From a virus, in the IMG/VR virus record IMGVR_UViG_3300017971_007885, positions 1-64,000 of that record: DNA of 64,000 nucleotides; one strand, written 5' to 3'. Below are positions 8,532-18,561 of this stretch, piece after piece. The notes below the pieces were generated by a model. That model did not search any database, was not told where the DNA came from, and saw nothing but the letters and a program-made list of their open reading frames with translations. A program made the position numbers and the translations under genes. Positions within the stretch are counted from its first letter, which is position 1. The number at the start of each line of letters is the position of its first letter.

Positions 8532-10423
8532 ACAATTGGCAGGTGCTTCCGGGGCACGTTTTGGAGTGGTTGCGAAAGTTGGCGGCGGGTAGTGTCAATC
8601 TGATTTTCACGAGTCCGCCATATTGGGCCTTGAGGGATTACGGGCTTCCGCCTTCAGTGTGGGGCGGCGATCCGAGTTGTAACCACGTATGGGGCGATCT
8701 TGTGCCGGGGGCGCATCCAAACCAGGTTGCCCAAACCAATACCCGACATTCAGACGCGGCGGCCAATGGCCAAATGGCCAAACGGGGCCAATTCTGTCAA
8801 AAGTGCGGGGCATGGTTGGGTTGTCTGGGGCTGGAGCCCGATCTAGACATGTTTATCAATCATTTGGTTGAGATCTTCAGGGAAGCACGGCGGGTGCTAC
8901 ATCCAAGCGGTACGCTCTGGGTGAACTTGGGGGATTCTTATGTAAGCAATCCTATAAGTGCCGGTGGTAAAAATGAGATCCGAACCGACGATCAAACAGG
9001 TGGCTTTCAAAGGGGGCATTCTAGGCGTGTGACCAGTCGTGGCAATGGGTTGAAGCCCAAAGACTTGATCGGAGTGCCATGGCGGTTGGCGTTGGCGCTC
9101 CAGGCGGATGGTTGGTGGCTAAGATCAGACATAGTGTGGTGCAAAGGTCTGGACCGGTCAGAGCAGGAGCTAGAGGCACAAGCGGAAGTGGAAGCGGCGC
9201 TTGCCATGGTGCGCCAGGCGGCCGGCGGAAGTCTCTTTGGATTATCAAAGCCACTAGATCAGGCTCTGAAACGGGCGGAAAAGGCTGTGGAACGGCTCTT
9301 TATGGTTGGGGCGACAATGCCCGAGAGTGTTAAGGATCGGGTCACCGCAAGCCATGAATACCTCTTTGTGTTTGCCAAGAGCAAAAAGTATCATTGGGAT
9401 AGGCATGCGATCCGGGTGTTGCCAAAACAGTGTAGTGTAGAACGGCGCTTGTATGGGCGGAGTGGCGATCACAAGCATACGGAAGGGGCTCCGGGCCAAA
9501 TGCCACATTCCTTTTTGATGGAAACAGAGATTGGTCAGGGACTGGATAACATGAATTCAGGGGGCCGCAATGCAAGAACGGTGTGGCGTGTGCAAGCCGA
9601 AGGTCACAAGCCCTTCATTTTGCCCGATGGTGAAGAGGTTGCCCACTTTGCCAGTTTCCCGAGAGCGTTGGCGGCCAGGGGGATCCAGGCCGGTACCTCA
9701 GAGCATGGGTGTTGTGCCACGTGCGGCGCTCCATTCAAACGGATTATCAAACCATCCGCCGCTTATGCCGAACTGCTAGGCCAGGACTGGGCAGATTATG
9801 AGCAGGACGCCAAAGAGGGCCGGGGTCATTCTGTAAGCAATCAACGAACCCAAAAGCGTGGGCCGGCGGCCACGGCGGAATACGAAACAACAGGTTGGGA
9901 ACCTACATGTAGGTGCCATGGCGCTCCAGAACCGGGGTTGGTGCCGTGCAAAAAGTGCAAGGGGACCGGGCAAAACCGGAAAGGCAAGAAGCGCCACGAT
10001 GATCATATGCCGGAAGAAGGCCAAAGGGAAAGTAAAAGCCGAGGCCATATCGGGAACTTGGGCAAGAATTCCATGGAGATCTTGGACGATCCATGCCCCA
10101 AGTGCAACGGTGCCGGACAGGTCCAGGGATGGGTATGGAACGAAGAGATTATCAAGGCGTGGCCGCTGAAAAGGCCAGTTGTGCTTGACACCTTTGCGGG
10201 AACAGGGCAAACGTTGCTTGCCGGGCTGGATCTCGGATGTGACGTGATCGGCATTGACTTGTCAGAAAGGTACGCCAGATTATCAAATGCCAGGTGTGAA
10301 GCGTGGCCGGAAGCGTTGCCCGAAAAAGGCAATGCCCGAGAAGAGAACGAAGCAGAAGCAATCCAACTAGAACTTGAACTAATGCGGGACGCTTCAGATT
10401 TTGAAGAGTTGGGGCTTCACTAA
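8528..10423 (+). CDS. beta-class N4-C/N6-A DNA methyltransferase with insertions
   Basis: TSPPYW, LWVNLGDSY, KDLIGVPW, MPESVKDR, HFASFP, VLDTFAGTGQT. Confidence 0.9.
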   Translation: MNNWQVLPGHVLEWLRKLAAGSVNLIFTSPPYWALRDYGLPPSVWGGDPSCNHVWGDLVPGAHPNQVAQTNTRHSDAAANGQMAKRGQFCQKCGAWLGCLGLEPDLDMFINHLVEIFREARRVLHPSGTLWVNLGDSYVSNPISAGGKNEIRTDDQTGGFQRGHSRRVTSRGNGLKPKDLIGVPWRLALALQADGWWLRSDIVWCKGLDRSEQELEAQAEVEAALAMVRQAAGGSLFGLSKPLDQALKRAEKAVERLFMVGATMPESVKDRVTASHEYLFVFAKSKKYHWDRHAIRVLPKQCSVERRLYGRSGDHKHTEGAPGQMPHSFLMETEIGQGLDNMNSGGRNARTVWRVQAEGHKPFILPDGEEVAHFASFPRALAARGIQAGTSEHGCCATCGAPFKRIIKPSAAYAELLGQDWADYEQDAKEGRGHSVSNQRTQKRGPAATAEYETTGWEPTCRCHGAPEPGLVPCKKCKGTGQNRKGKKRHDDHMPEEGQRESKSRGHIGNLGKNSMEILDDPCPKCNGAGQVQGWVWNEEIIKAWPLKRPVVLDTFAGTGQTLLAGLDLGCDVIGIDLSERYARLSNARCEAWPEALPEKGNAREENEAEAIQLELELMRDASDFEELGLH

Positions 10424-10443
10424 CTCTTCCAAAGCGACCAAAA

Positions 10444-10455
10444 CCATGGTATAAT
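10444..10455 (+). promoter_or_regulatory. extended -10 promoter driving the metallopeptidase array
   Basis: CCATGGTATAAT in the intergenic gap; near-identical boxes at 28236, 42364 and (minus strand) 38222. Confidence 0.6.
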
Positions 10456-10506
10456 GGAGTATACAACGTGATCTTTAGTTTTTGCGCAAAAACTGAGGTA
10501 TGAATA

Positions 10507-11709
10507 ATGGATAGACAAGCACGAAGGGCGTGGTTTGGCGGTTGGGTCGTGTTACGCTCCCTTGTGGAAAAGGGATCGGATACGTCTGGAAACTACTTCC
10601 ACAAGGGCATTCCTGGACAACGGGGCGGCTCTTTGCCAGGCGGCGGCCATAGAACGTTAGGCATATCCAGCATTAGCACGGAAGATGAAAAGCGGACTGC
10701 CATTGCCCACCACAGGCGGATGATGGCCAAAAAACGGGCTATGAAGAAGAAAAAGCCCACCCCCAAGCCGAAACCCAAACCGAAACCAAAACCAAAGCCC
10801 AAGCCAGCGATCGATCCAAACGATCCCGAGGCGATCATGGCGGCATTACTCGAAGGCACCAAAGGTCTTCAGGACCAACGGGAAAGTCTTCAATCTACAA
10901 TAGATCAACTAGACAAAGACATGGAGAAGTATCAAGAAGAATACGTGATGCCGATATCACGGCAGATGTGGAGTGCGGGATATAGAAGCCAAGAGTGGGA
11001 AAAACTTGCCAAAGAGATGGAGCCTCACAACGAAAAAATGGAGCAGATGCGCCAGGCCAAATATGCCGCTTTGCGTGAAAAAGGAGAGATTGAAACCCAA
11101 TTACGTGAAGATGGTCTAAAGTACCTGGAAGTGCCCAAGAGTCAGCAAAGCACGGTGCAATTGGATTTTGGCCGGTTGCGCAAAGGCAAGGCAGAAGCGC
11201 AAGCCGGGTTAGATATCTTTAATCGTTTGTGTGGTACCGGTACCGTGAACGGCAAAGTGGCGGGTGTGGCACGGACTTCTAGTAGAAGGGCGCATTATGT
11301 GCCCAATGCATTGGGGAAACTTGGCGTAAAAGAGCCTGGAAAAGTGGGATTATCAACCAAGAGCGGCAAAACCACGATGCTCCACGAGTTGGGCCATTGG
11401 TTTGAGGATAACGATCCCGAAGCACAAAGAAAGGCTTATGCTTTTTTGGACCGGAGAACCAAAGGAGAGCGCCCCCAACGGCTATCAAGGCTCATGCCCA
11501 ATTATCGGTTTAGTCGAAGAGAAGTTGCCAGGCCAGATCAGTTTATGAGTGCCTATGCTGGAAAAGTGTACGAATACGGAAGGCTTGGCCGGTACGCAAC
11601 CGAGATCATATCTATGGGGCTAGAAACGATGTTCACCGATCCGGTTGGAATGGCCAGGGAAGATCCGGATTATATGGGCTTTATGTTGAGCCTACTTAGG
11701 GGAAAATAA
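10507..11709 (+). CDS. tagged zincin-like metallopeptidase A1
   Basis: AWFGGW..EKG.SGNYFHKG tag; PK repeat; coiled coil; HELGHW...YATEIISMG. Confidence 0.8.
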   Translation: MDRQARRAWFGGWVVLRSLVEKGSDTSGNYFHKGIPGQRGGSLPGGGHRTLGISSISTEDEKRTAIAHHRRMMAKKRAMKKKKPTPKPKPKPKPKPKPKPAIDPNDPEAIMAALLEGTKGLQDQRESLQSTIDQLDKDMEKYQEEYVMPISRQMWSAGYRSQEWEKLAKEMEPHNEKMEQMRQAKYAALREKGEIETQLREDGLKYLEVPKSQQSTVQLDFGRLRKGKAEAQAGLDIFNRLCGTGTVNGKVAGVARTSSRRAHYVPNALGKLGVKEPGKVGLSTKSGKTTMLHELGHWFEDNDPEAQRKAYAFLDRRTKGERPQRLSRLMPNYRFSRREVARPDQFMSAYAGKVYEYGRLGRYATEIISMGLETMFTDPVGMAREDPDYMGFMLSLLRGK

Positions 11710-11710
11710 G

Positions 11711-11974
11711 ATGATAGCTGTTGAGTTTATGCCAGGAGCGGCGGGCGAAATCGAGAAAGAGAAACTTGTAGCCGTGATCGATGGCTGGAAGTGGGCCAGC
11801 AAAAGCAAAAAGCTGGAAGATTACTTGAATGCGATGCTTGATCCGGATGGCCCAAGCGGTGCCGATCCACAACCGGAACGGACGGCGGTGGATATGGCGA
11901 TCAAAACACTCGGTGGTGGTAAGATTATCAAAGAAGACCAAGGCCCACCCCCGCCGGCCGGGGCCGTGCTATAG
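11711..11974 (+). CDS. small partner protein B1 (putative immunity/inhibitor)
   Basis: VAVIDGWKWAS..LDPDGPSG family, 4 paralogs in window. Confidence 0.75.
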   Translation: MIAVEFMPGAAGEIEKEKLVAVIDGWKWASKSKKLEDYLNAMLDPDGPSGADPQPERTAVDMAIKTLGGGKIIKEDQGPPPPAGAVL

Positions 11975-11983
11975 GAGCAGGTC

Positions 11984-13135
11984 ATGCGCACCGTGCAAGC
12001 GAGCAAGCAAGCCTTATACGCCTACCTTTTGGCCGCCTTGGTGGCCAAGGGATCGTCCACGTCTGGGAACTGGGGCCACAAGGGCGTGAAGGGAAGGCGG
12101 GGCGGGTCGGCTCCAGGCGGGGGCCATACTCAACTTGGGATCACGGGTACCACTTCACCGGGCGGCAAAGAGAAGATTATCAATCTTTACCGGAGGCAAC
12201 AAGCCGAAAAAAAGAAACCCACGGCGGAACAGGCACGGAACAAAATAGCCAGGATAGAAAGTGCTACCCAGGCCAAGATCGACAAGCTGAAGGCCAAACA
12301 GAAGGCCATCTTACAGGCGCGTGAAGATTACATGGACGATCATGGCCTAGAAGACCTTTACGATCGGTATAGGATTGCCAGGAGAGCGGAAGGGGCTGAA
12401 TCCGATCCGGACGTGATCGCTATGCGTGAAGAGATCGACCAACATGATGCGAACTTGAGCGACATGTGGGATGAACACCAAGCACTTGGCAAAGAGCAAC
12501 GGGCTCTTGAGAACGGCGCGAGAGAAGCAACCATGAAGGTGTTGGAAGTGCCCAAAGATCAACAAGCCAAGGTGCAATTGAGGACCAAAGATCCGACGAT
12601 CGAGAAAACAGCACAAAAGGGGTTGGATATTTTCAACCGGTTGTATGGTCGTGGTACTATGGATGGTACTGCGGTGACCGTGGATACTCATAACAGGTCA
12701 AGGGCCGGGTACGATCCCCTTGTACTCGGAGGAACAGGCCGGATCTTGCTTTACTCTTCAGGGCCGGGCATACTGACTTCAACATCTAGCGCCACATCTA
12801 TGCTTCATGAGATGGGTCATTGGTTGGAAGAGCGAGATCATGGCGTGTTCCAAAAGGCCAAAGCGTTCTTGTTGAGCAGGACGCAAAAAGATCCGGCTCA
12901 GAAAATGGCCGATCTAAAGCCGGATCGTGGGTATGCAGAATACGAAATCACAAGGCCGGACAGGTTTATAGATCCCTACGTTGGCCGGGCTTATGTCGAA
13001 CCAGGGGTGGGACACTATGCCACGGAAATAGTGTCTATGGGGATGGAACTCTTTTTTACCGATCCGGGCCAGTTTGCCAGGGACGATCCGGGCCACTTTG
13101 ACTTTATATACAACCTCATGAGGGATAGGCCATGA
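11984..13135 (+). CDS. tagged zincin-like metallopeptidase A2
   Basis: AKG.SGNWGHKG tag; HEMGHW...YATEIVSMG. Confidence 0.8.
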   Translation: MRTVQASKQALYAYLLAALVAKGSSTSGNWGHKGVKGRRGGSAPGGGHTQLGITGTTSPGGKEKIINLYRRQQAEKKKPTAEQARNKIARIESATQAKIDKLKAKQKAILQAREDYMDDHGLEDLYDRYRIARRAEGAESDPDVIAMREEIDQHDANLSDMWDEHQALGKEQRALENGAREATMKVLEVPKDQQAKVQLRTKDPTIEKTAQKGLDIFNRLYGRGTMDGTAVTVDTHNRSRAGYDPLVLGGTGRILLYSSGPGILTSTSSATSMLHEMGHWLEERDHGVFQKAKAFLLSRTQKDPAQKMADLKPDRGYAEYEITRPDRFIDPYVGRAYVEPGVGHYATEIVSMGMELFFTDPGQFARDDPGHFDFIYNLMRDRP

Positions 13136-14280
13136 TCGATTATCATTCAAGGACAACGGCACTTGGTCCTAGACTGCGCTCCAAGTACAGGGCATGGTTT
13201 TTGGGATGGTGGGTGCTTGACGCTCCGGATGTGGTTGGTAAGGGATCGTCCAAGTCGGGCAATTGGAGGCACAAGGGCCGCAAGGGACAACGGGGCGGCT
13301 CCCTTCCAGGGGCTGGACATGGCGCGATCGGGGTGATGATAGGCGATACTCCAGAGCGAGTGGATGAGCAGATCCGAAGGCATAAAGAGGCCCAGGCGAG
13401 TGCTAAAGAGGCCAAGCGGGCACGGGCCAAAATGCTCCGGGACGTGGCTCCGATTATCAAACAAATATCAGCGGCCAAGGCCAGGGCGGCGGCTCTGGAC
13501 AAGCAACGATCCGAATTGACCACGGAACATCTTATGCCGCTTTATGACCAGATGCAGGAACTCAGAAGGGCCGGGCAACAAGATAGCGCCGAATACGCGG
13601 CGCTTCAGGAACAGGCCAAGCCCTATGAAGCACAAAAAGCCCAATTATTCAAGGGCTCTAGCTCAGAGCTAAACTATGCCAAAAACTTACAATTGGAGTT
13701 GCGAAACAAGGCGGTTGAAAGTCTATCCGTGCCTGAAGGGCAACGGGCCAACTTTAACTTAGACATTCAGCCGGGCAAAGACCTGGAAGATACGGTGGGC
13801 GTGGGTGCGCAAGTCTTCAGCCAATTGGTGGGCACCGGTACCATGGACGGCAAAACTTTGAAAGTGGTGGAAACGAACAAAAGCCGGGCCTCTTACAACG
13901 ATGGTACCAAAACCGCTTCTTTAACATCCTACTCCAAAACGGCTTCTGTGGTGCACGAGATGGGCCATTGGTGGGAAGATCACGACAAGCAAGCTTTTGG
14001 GAAGGCGCTTGCATTTTGGGAACGGCGCACCAAGCGGGAAAGCTTCCAACAACTAAACAAGATCTTTCCTCATGAAGGGTATCCCGATCACGAAGTCACC
14101 AAGCCGGACAAATTCATGGATCCCTACTCGGGCAAGGTGTACACAGAGGCGGGCAAGGGGATCACGGCTACGGAAATCCTGTCCGTGGGACTGGAAAAGA
14201 TGTATACCCATCCCGTGGCCTTTGCCAGGAACGATCCGGATTACTTTGACTTTATGTATAGCACACTGAGAGGTAAGTAA
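13132..14280 (+). CDS. tagged zincin-like metallopeptidase A3
   Basis: AWFLGW..GKG.SGNWRHKG; HEMGHW...ATEILSVG. Confidence 0.8.
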   Translation: MIDYHSRTTALGPRLRSKYRAWFLGWWVLDAPDVVGKGSSKSGNWRHKGRKGQRGGSLPGAGHGAIGVMIGDTPERVDEQIRRHKEAQASAKEAKRARAKMLRDVAPIIKQISAAKARAAALDKQRSELTTEHLMPLYDQMQELRRAGQQDSAEYAALQEQAKPYEAQKAQLFKGSSSELNYAKNLQLELRNKAVESLSVPEGQRANFNLDIQPGKDLEDTVGVGAQVFSQLVGTGTMDGKTLKVVETNKSRASYNDGTKTASLTSYSKTASVVHEMGHWWEDHDKQAFGKALAFWERRTKRESFQQLNKIFPHEGYPDHEVTKPDKFMDPYSGKVYTEAGKGITATEILSVGLEKMYTHPVAFARNDPDYFDFMYSTLRGK

Positions 14281-14281
14281 C

Positions 14282-14542
14282 ATGGTTGCTGTAGAATTCC
14301 CTTTTGGCTGGAGCGATAAAACCCAGAAGCCGGGCACCGTGGCCGTGATCAAAGATTGGCGGTGGGCAAGCGAAGATGAAGCCTTTGAAGCTGTTTTGAA
14401 CGCTACGCTTGATCCGGACGGCCCAAGCGGCTCCATTCCCCAACCCGACCTATGGGCGGCTAACCAGGCGATCGAGCAGTTTGGCGGCAAGATTATCAAA
14501 CAGGAATTGCCCGAGTACCCGCCCAAGGGGATGATCCTATGA
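14282..14542 (+). CDS. small partner protein B3
   Basis: paralog of B1. Confidence 0.75.
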   Translation: MVAVEFPFGWSDKTQKPGTVAVIKDWRWASEDEAFEAVLNATLDPDGPSGSIPQPDLWAANQAIEQFGGKIIKQELPEYPPKGMIL

Positions 14543-15783
14543 TTTCCAGAACCAGGAACGGCAGGGCACTTAGTCCTGAACTGCGCTCCAAGTACAGGGC
14601 ACTTAGTCCTGAACTGCGCTCCAAGTACAGGGCACTTAGTCCTGAACTGCGCTCCAAGTACAGGGCATGGTATTATGGTTGGCGTGTGGTACAACGGGGA
14701 TCGTCCAGGTCCGGAAACTGGGGCCATAAAGGCGTAAAGGGAAGGCGCGGGGGAAGTGCTCCGGGCGGCGGCCATAGGGTGATCGGCATTGGCCCAGAGG
14801 CTGAAGACTGGATGGTTGACACGGCTCTTTTAGAGTATCGCAAAGAGCGGGCCGAAAGAGCGGCCAGGAAAAAGAAGGGAGAAGGGCCAGAGCTCCGGCG
14901 CAAACTTGCTAAACAAGCTGAACAACAAGAAGCCAGGATCAAGGCTTATGGTGATGCAGCGGAAGCCGCATGGGAAACGATGAAGGGCCATGAGACGGCC
15001 ATGAATTCAGCGGCTAGAAACATCAAGTACATCAGGGAGCAAGGGCTATCCGAAGGGGCGCTTGAGGCGCAACGAGAAGTGTACTTTGCCGAGAAGGCGG
15101 AAGTGGAAAAATACTTGGGCATGTATCGGGAGTGGCGGGAAAAAGAATATGAACTTGGAAGAGAAAAGAATGCTGCCCAGATGGAACTTTTAGCCGTGCC
15201 CAAAGACCAACAAGCCAACGTCAAGCTGACCACCAAGATCCGCAAAGGTCGAGCGGAAGCCCAAGAAGGGCTTGATGCCTTTAACAAGCTTTGTGGAACC
15301 GGGACCGTGAACGGCCAAAAGGTGGAAGTGAAGCGCACCAATAGAAGCCGATCGTTTTACCGGGACAAGCTGACACGTACTTATGCCGGCTTTGGTGCCG
15401 GGGGCAAAGATATGACCGTGACGGTGGGCGGTGAAGTGCACTTGTCCAGTTGGAGCAGTGCAAGGACGATGATCCACGAGATGGGCCATTGGTTGGAAAA
15501 TCGAGATCCCAAGATCGCCAAGCGGGTCCAAAGCTTCCTTGCCAGGCGAACCAGGGGCGAAACGGCACAAAAACTATCTGTGCTAACCGGAGATTCAGCC
15601 TATAAAGCTTACGAAGTGGCCAAGCCCGACAAGTTCATGGATGCCTATGTGGGAAAGGTGTACGGCACCGGCTCCGAAGTGATCTCGATGGGACTGCAAT
15701 ACATGTTTAGTGGGGCGGCCAAGTTCGCAAAGCAAGATCCTGATTTCTTTGACTTTATGATCTCAGTGCTCAGAGGACAGTAA
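14539..15783 (+). CDS. tagged zincin-like metallopeptidase A4
   Basis: 3x RALSPELRSKY; AWYYGW..QRG.SGNWGHKG; HEMGHW...SEVISMG. Confidence 0.8.
   Translation: MISRTRNGRALSPELRSKYRALSPELRSKYRALSPELRSKYRAWYYGWRVVQRGSSRSGNWGHKGVKGRRGGSAPGGGHRVIGIGPEAEDWMVDTALLEYRKERAERAARKKKGEGPELRRKLAKQAEQQEARIKAYGDAAEAAWETMKGHETAMNSAARNIKYIREQGLSEGALEAQREVYFAEKAEVEKYLGMYREWREKEYELGREKNAAQMELLAVPKDQQANVKLTTKIRKGRAEAQEGLDAFNKLCGTGTVNGQKVEVKRTNRSRSFYRDKLTRTYAGFGAGGKDMTVTVGGEVHLSSWSSARTMIHEMGHWLENRDPKIAKRVQSFLARRTRGETAQKLSVLTGDSAYKAYEVAKPDKFMDAYVGKVYGTGSEVISMGLQYMFSGAAKFAKQDPDFFDFMISVLRGQ
14562..14667 (+). repeat. 33-bp tandem repeat x3.2 (cagggcacttagtcctgaactgcgctccaagta)
   Basis: perfect copies at 14562, 14595, 14628. 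Confidence 0.95.
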
Positions 15784-15784
15784 A

Positions 15785-16045
15785 ATGATAGGCGTGCGCT
15801 TTGATGGACCATTATCAATCGAAGGGAAAAAGACCGGGCGGGTGGCCGTGATCAACGGTTGGCAGTGGGCAAGCAATGACAAAGCTTTTGAAGCCGCTCT
15901 GAATGCCGATCTTGATCCACAAGGGCCGGGCGGTGAAGTGCCCGATCCAGATATGCAAGCGGCGCAAGCGGCGATCAAACGATGGGGCGGTAAGATTATC
16001 ATTCACGAACCAAGGCCATATCCGCCCAAGGATGCCAAACTATGA
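15785..16045 (+). CDS. small partner protein B4
   Basis: paralog of B1. Confidence 0.75.
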   Translation: MIGVRFDGPLSIEGKKTGRVAVINGWQWASNDKAFEAALNADLDPQGPGGEVPDPDMQAAQAAIKRWGGKIIIHEPRPYPPKDAKL

Positions 16046-17139
16046 ATGAAGCAATCGGATGGTTTCATGGATGGTGGACAGTCCAGAGCCGGGGATCTCG
16101 CACATCGGGCAATTATGGCCACAAGGGCCGGAAGGGCCAACGCGGCGGATCGCTTCCAGGGGCCGGGCATACCACCATTGGCGTGACGCCGGCCATGTCC
16201 AAAGAAGAGATCGCGCAAGCCATTGACGCCCACCAAGAGGCCAGGGCCAAAGAAAAGGGCAAGATGGGACCGCTTATCCGCAAACGGTTGGAAAAAGTGG
16301 ATGCCAAGTATGAAGCCAGGGCTCTAGCACTCATGCAGGAGAATGGAGAGCTTAACTTTTCTCTCAGATTGCACCAAGACGAAATCACAAACCTGTACGA
16401 TATGCGGGAAAGGGTCAGGAAGCAGGGGGCGGGCCAAGCGTCGATCGACTTTTGGAGCGATCAGATAGAAAAAACATCCGCCAAGGGTGAAGTTATGTTC
16501 AACCGCTCCATTGAAGTGAGTCAGGAACTGCATGGCTTGCGCCAGGAACAACGACAAGCCATGCTTGATGTTCTCTCGGTACCCAAAAGCCAGCAAGCTA
16601 ACGTGACTATGGATACCCGGATCCGGCTCAACCGGGAAGGCGTGCAAAAGGGCGTAGATGCCTTTAACCAACTGGTAGGCACCGGTACCGTGGATGGCCA
16701 GAAGGTCAGCGTGGGGCGGACCAACGATAGAAGGGCTGCCTATGTGCCGATCGGCTCCCCCAAGAACTCGGGCCGGGTAGTATTATCAAAGGGCGATAGC
16801 GCCACGACGATGCTTCACGAGATGGGCCATTGGTTGGAAGACCGAGATCCCAAGATACACCAAAAAGCCCTTGCCTTCCTGGACCGGCGCACCAAGGGCG
16901 AAACGGCACAAAAACTTTCGATACTCACCCGCAATTCCAACTATAAAGACCGAGAGATCGCCAAGCCGGACAAATTCATGACGCCCTATTCAGGCAAGAT
17001 TTACGAACACAGCACAGCAGGACGCTATGCAACCGAGATCATTTCTATGGGGCTCCAGCATATGTATGTGGAAGCGGCCACGTTCGCAAAGCGAGATCCA
17101 GATTTCTTTGATTTTATGATCTCGGTGTTGAGGGACTAG
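16042..17139 (+). CDS. tagged zincin-like metallopeptidase A5
   Basis: GWFHGW..SRG.SGNYGHKG; HEMGHW...YATEIISMG. Confidence 0.8.
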   Translation: MNEAIGWFHGWWTVQSRGSRTSGNYGHKGRKGQRGGSLPGAGHTTIGVTPAMSKEEIAQAIDAHQEARAKEKGKMGPLIRKRLEKVDAKYEARALALMQENGELNFSLRLHQDEITNLYDMRERVRKQGAGQASIDFWSDQIEKTSAKGEVMFNRSIEVSQELHGLRQEQRQAMLDVLSVPKSQQANVTMDTRIRLNREGVQKGVDAFNQLVGTGTVDGQKVSVGRTNDRRAAYVPIGSPKNSGRVVLSKGDSATTMLHEMGHWLEDRDPKIHQKALAFLDRRTKGETAQKLSILTRNSNYKDREIAKPDKFMTPYSGKIYEHSTAGRYATEIISMGLQHMYVEAATFAKRDPDFFDFMISVLRD

Positions 17140-17142
17140 ACT

Positions 17143-17400
17143 ATGATTGCCGTACACTTTCCTTTGGTATTCAAGGGCGATAAAACCAGGGCCGGACACG
17201 TGGCCGTGATCGACGGCTATAAGTGGGCCAGCAAACACCAGATGCTAGAAGACCTTTTGAACTCGAAACTTGATCCCGATGGACCACGGGGCGACGATCC
17301 CAACCCAGATGCCACGGCGGCACAAGCGGCAATCAAGCTTTGGGGCGGTGAGATTATCAAACAAAAGGCCAAACCAGAACCCCAAGGGGTGATCCAATGA
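17143..17400 (+). CDS. small partner protein B5
   Basis: paralog of B1. Confidence 0.75.
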   Translation: MIAVHFPLVFKGDKTRAGHVAVIDGYKWASKHQMLEDLLNSKLDPDGPRGDDPNPDATAAQAAIKLWGGEIIKQKAKPEPQGVIQ

Positions 17401-18557
17401 ACCAAAGACAGGCAGGAGCGTGGTATCTCGGGTGGTTGGCGGTAAGGCCCACCGGGGTGGCCAAGGGCGTAGTCCTTGAACGAACGATCAAGGGATCCAG
17501 CAAGTCTGGGAACTGGGGCCACAAGGGCGTAAAGGGTAGACGTGGCGGTAGTGCTCCAGGGGCTGGACACGGTGCGATCGGGATAACCCCGGCCATGTCA
17601 CAAGAAGAGATTCAAACGGCGGTGGATGCGCAACGAGCCAGGACGGCGGCCAAAAAGAAACCGGCCACAGCCAAGGCTGCCAGGCGTGCGATTATCAAAC
17701 AAGATGATGCTTTGCGGGCCAAAGAACAGGCGTTGCGCCAGGCCCAAGAAGAATACATAAAAGAGCTTACAGCTTTTCGGGAAGAGTACACAAGCCCACT
17801 TATCAAACAAAAACTAGAGTTGTACGAAAAGGGTTACAGGCCAGGCGATCCCGAGATGGAAGGGGTGGAAGCTGAATTATCCAGGTACCGGGGGAAACTA
17901 GATGACATGTGGGCGGAACACGCCAGGCAGTCAACCGAAATCAAGGCTATCATGGACCAACGAAAAGAAGCCGCCCTTCAGGCTCTGGAACTGCCCAAAG
18001 ACCAACAGGCTGAAGTGGAACTTGATTTTGGAAACTTGCGCAAGGGCAAAACAGAGGCGCAAGCGGGCGTGGATGCCTTTAACCGGCTAGTGAGCAACCG
18101 GCTGGAAATGGACAACGAAGTGGAAGTCACACGCACCCAAGACAGCAGGGCATTCTATACGCCCTTTGGCTATAGCATAAATCCCGGTACCATCGGACTG
18201 GCAACCACTTCAGGCCGCACAAGTATGCTTCACGAGTTGGGTCATTGGCTGGAAGATCGAGATCGAAGCGTGCACACCAAAGCCCTGAATTTTCTCAACC
18301 GGAGAACGGCCGGCGAAAGCGCGATCAAGATGCGAGATGCCAGGCCAGGTATGGGCTACGACGATTACGAAATAACCAAAGTGGACCAATTTTCCAGGCC
18401 GTACATGGGCAAAGTCTATCAGTCTAAAAGCCGGGGCCACTATGCAACCGAGATCGTTTCTATGGGACTGGAAGAGCTTTACAAGGACGCCGCCAGCTTT
18501 GCCAGAAAAGATCCGGATTACTTTGACTTTATGTATAGCCTACTGAGGGGACAATAA
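17397..18557 (+). CDS. tagged zincin-like metallopeptidase A6
   Basis: AWYLGW..IKG.SGNWGHKG; HELGHW...YATEIVSMG. Confidence 0.8.
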   Translation: MNQRQAGAWYLGWLAVRPTGVAKGVVLERTIKGSSKSGNWGHKGVKGRRGGSAPGAGHGAIGITPAMSQEEIQTAVDAQRARTAAKKKPATAKAARRAIIKQDDALRAKEQALRQAQEEYIKELTAFREEYTSPLIKQKLELYEKGYRPGDPEMEGVEAELSRYRGKLDDMWAEHARQSTEIKAIMDQRKEAALQALELPKDQQAEVELDFGNLRKGKTEAQAGVDAFNRLVSNRLEMDNEVEVTRTQDSRAFYTPFGYSINPGTIGLATTSGRTSMLHELGHWLEDRDRSVHTKALNFLNRRTAGESAIKMRDARPGMGYDDYEITKVDQFSRPYMGKVYQSKSRGHYATEIVSMGLEELYKDAASFARKDPDYFDFMYSLLRGQ

Positions 18558-18561
18558 CCAC

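Noticed and set aside
9140-9316. Intein in the methyltransferase insertion
   Set aside because: Too short and lacks a terminal His-Asn followed by Cys/Ser/Thr.
10507-18557. Diversity-generating retroelement explaining the paralog array
   Set aside because: No reverse transcriptase and no adenine-specific template/variable repeat pair seen.
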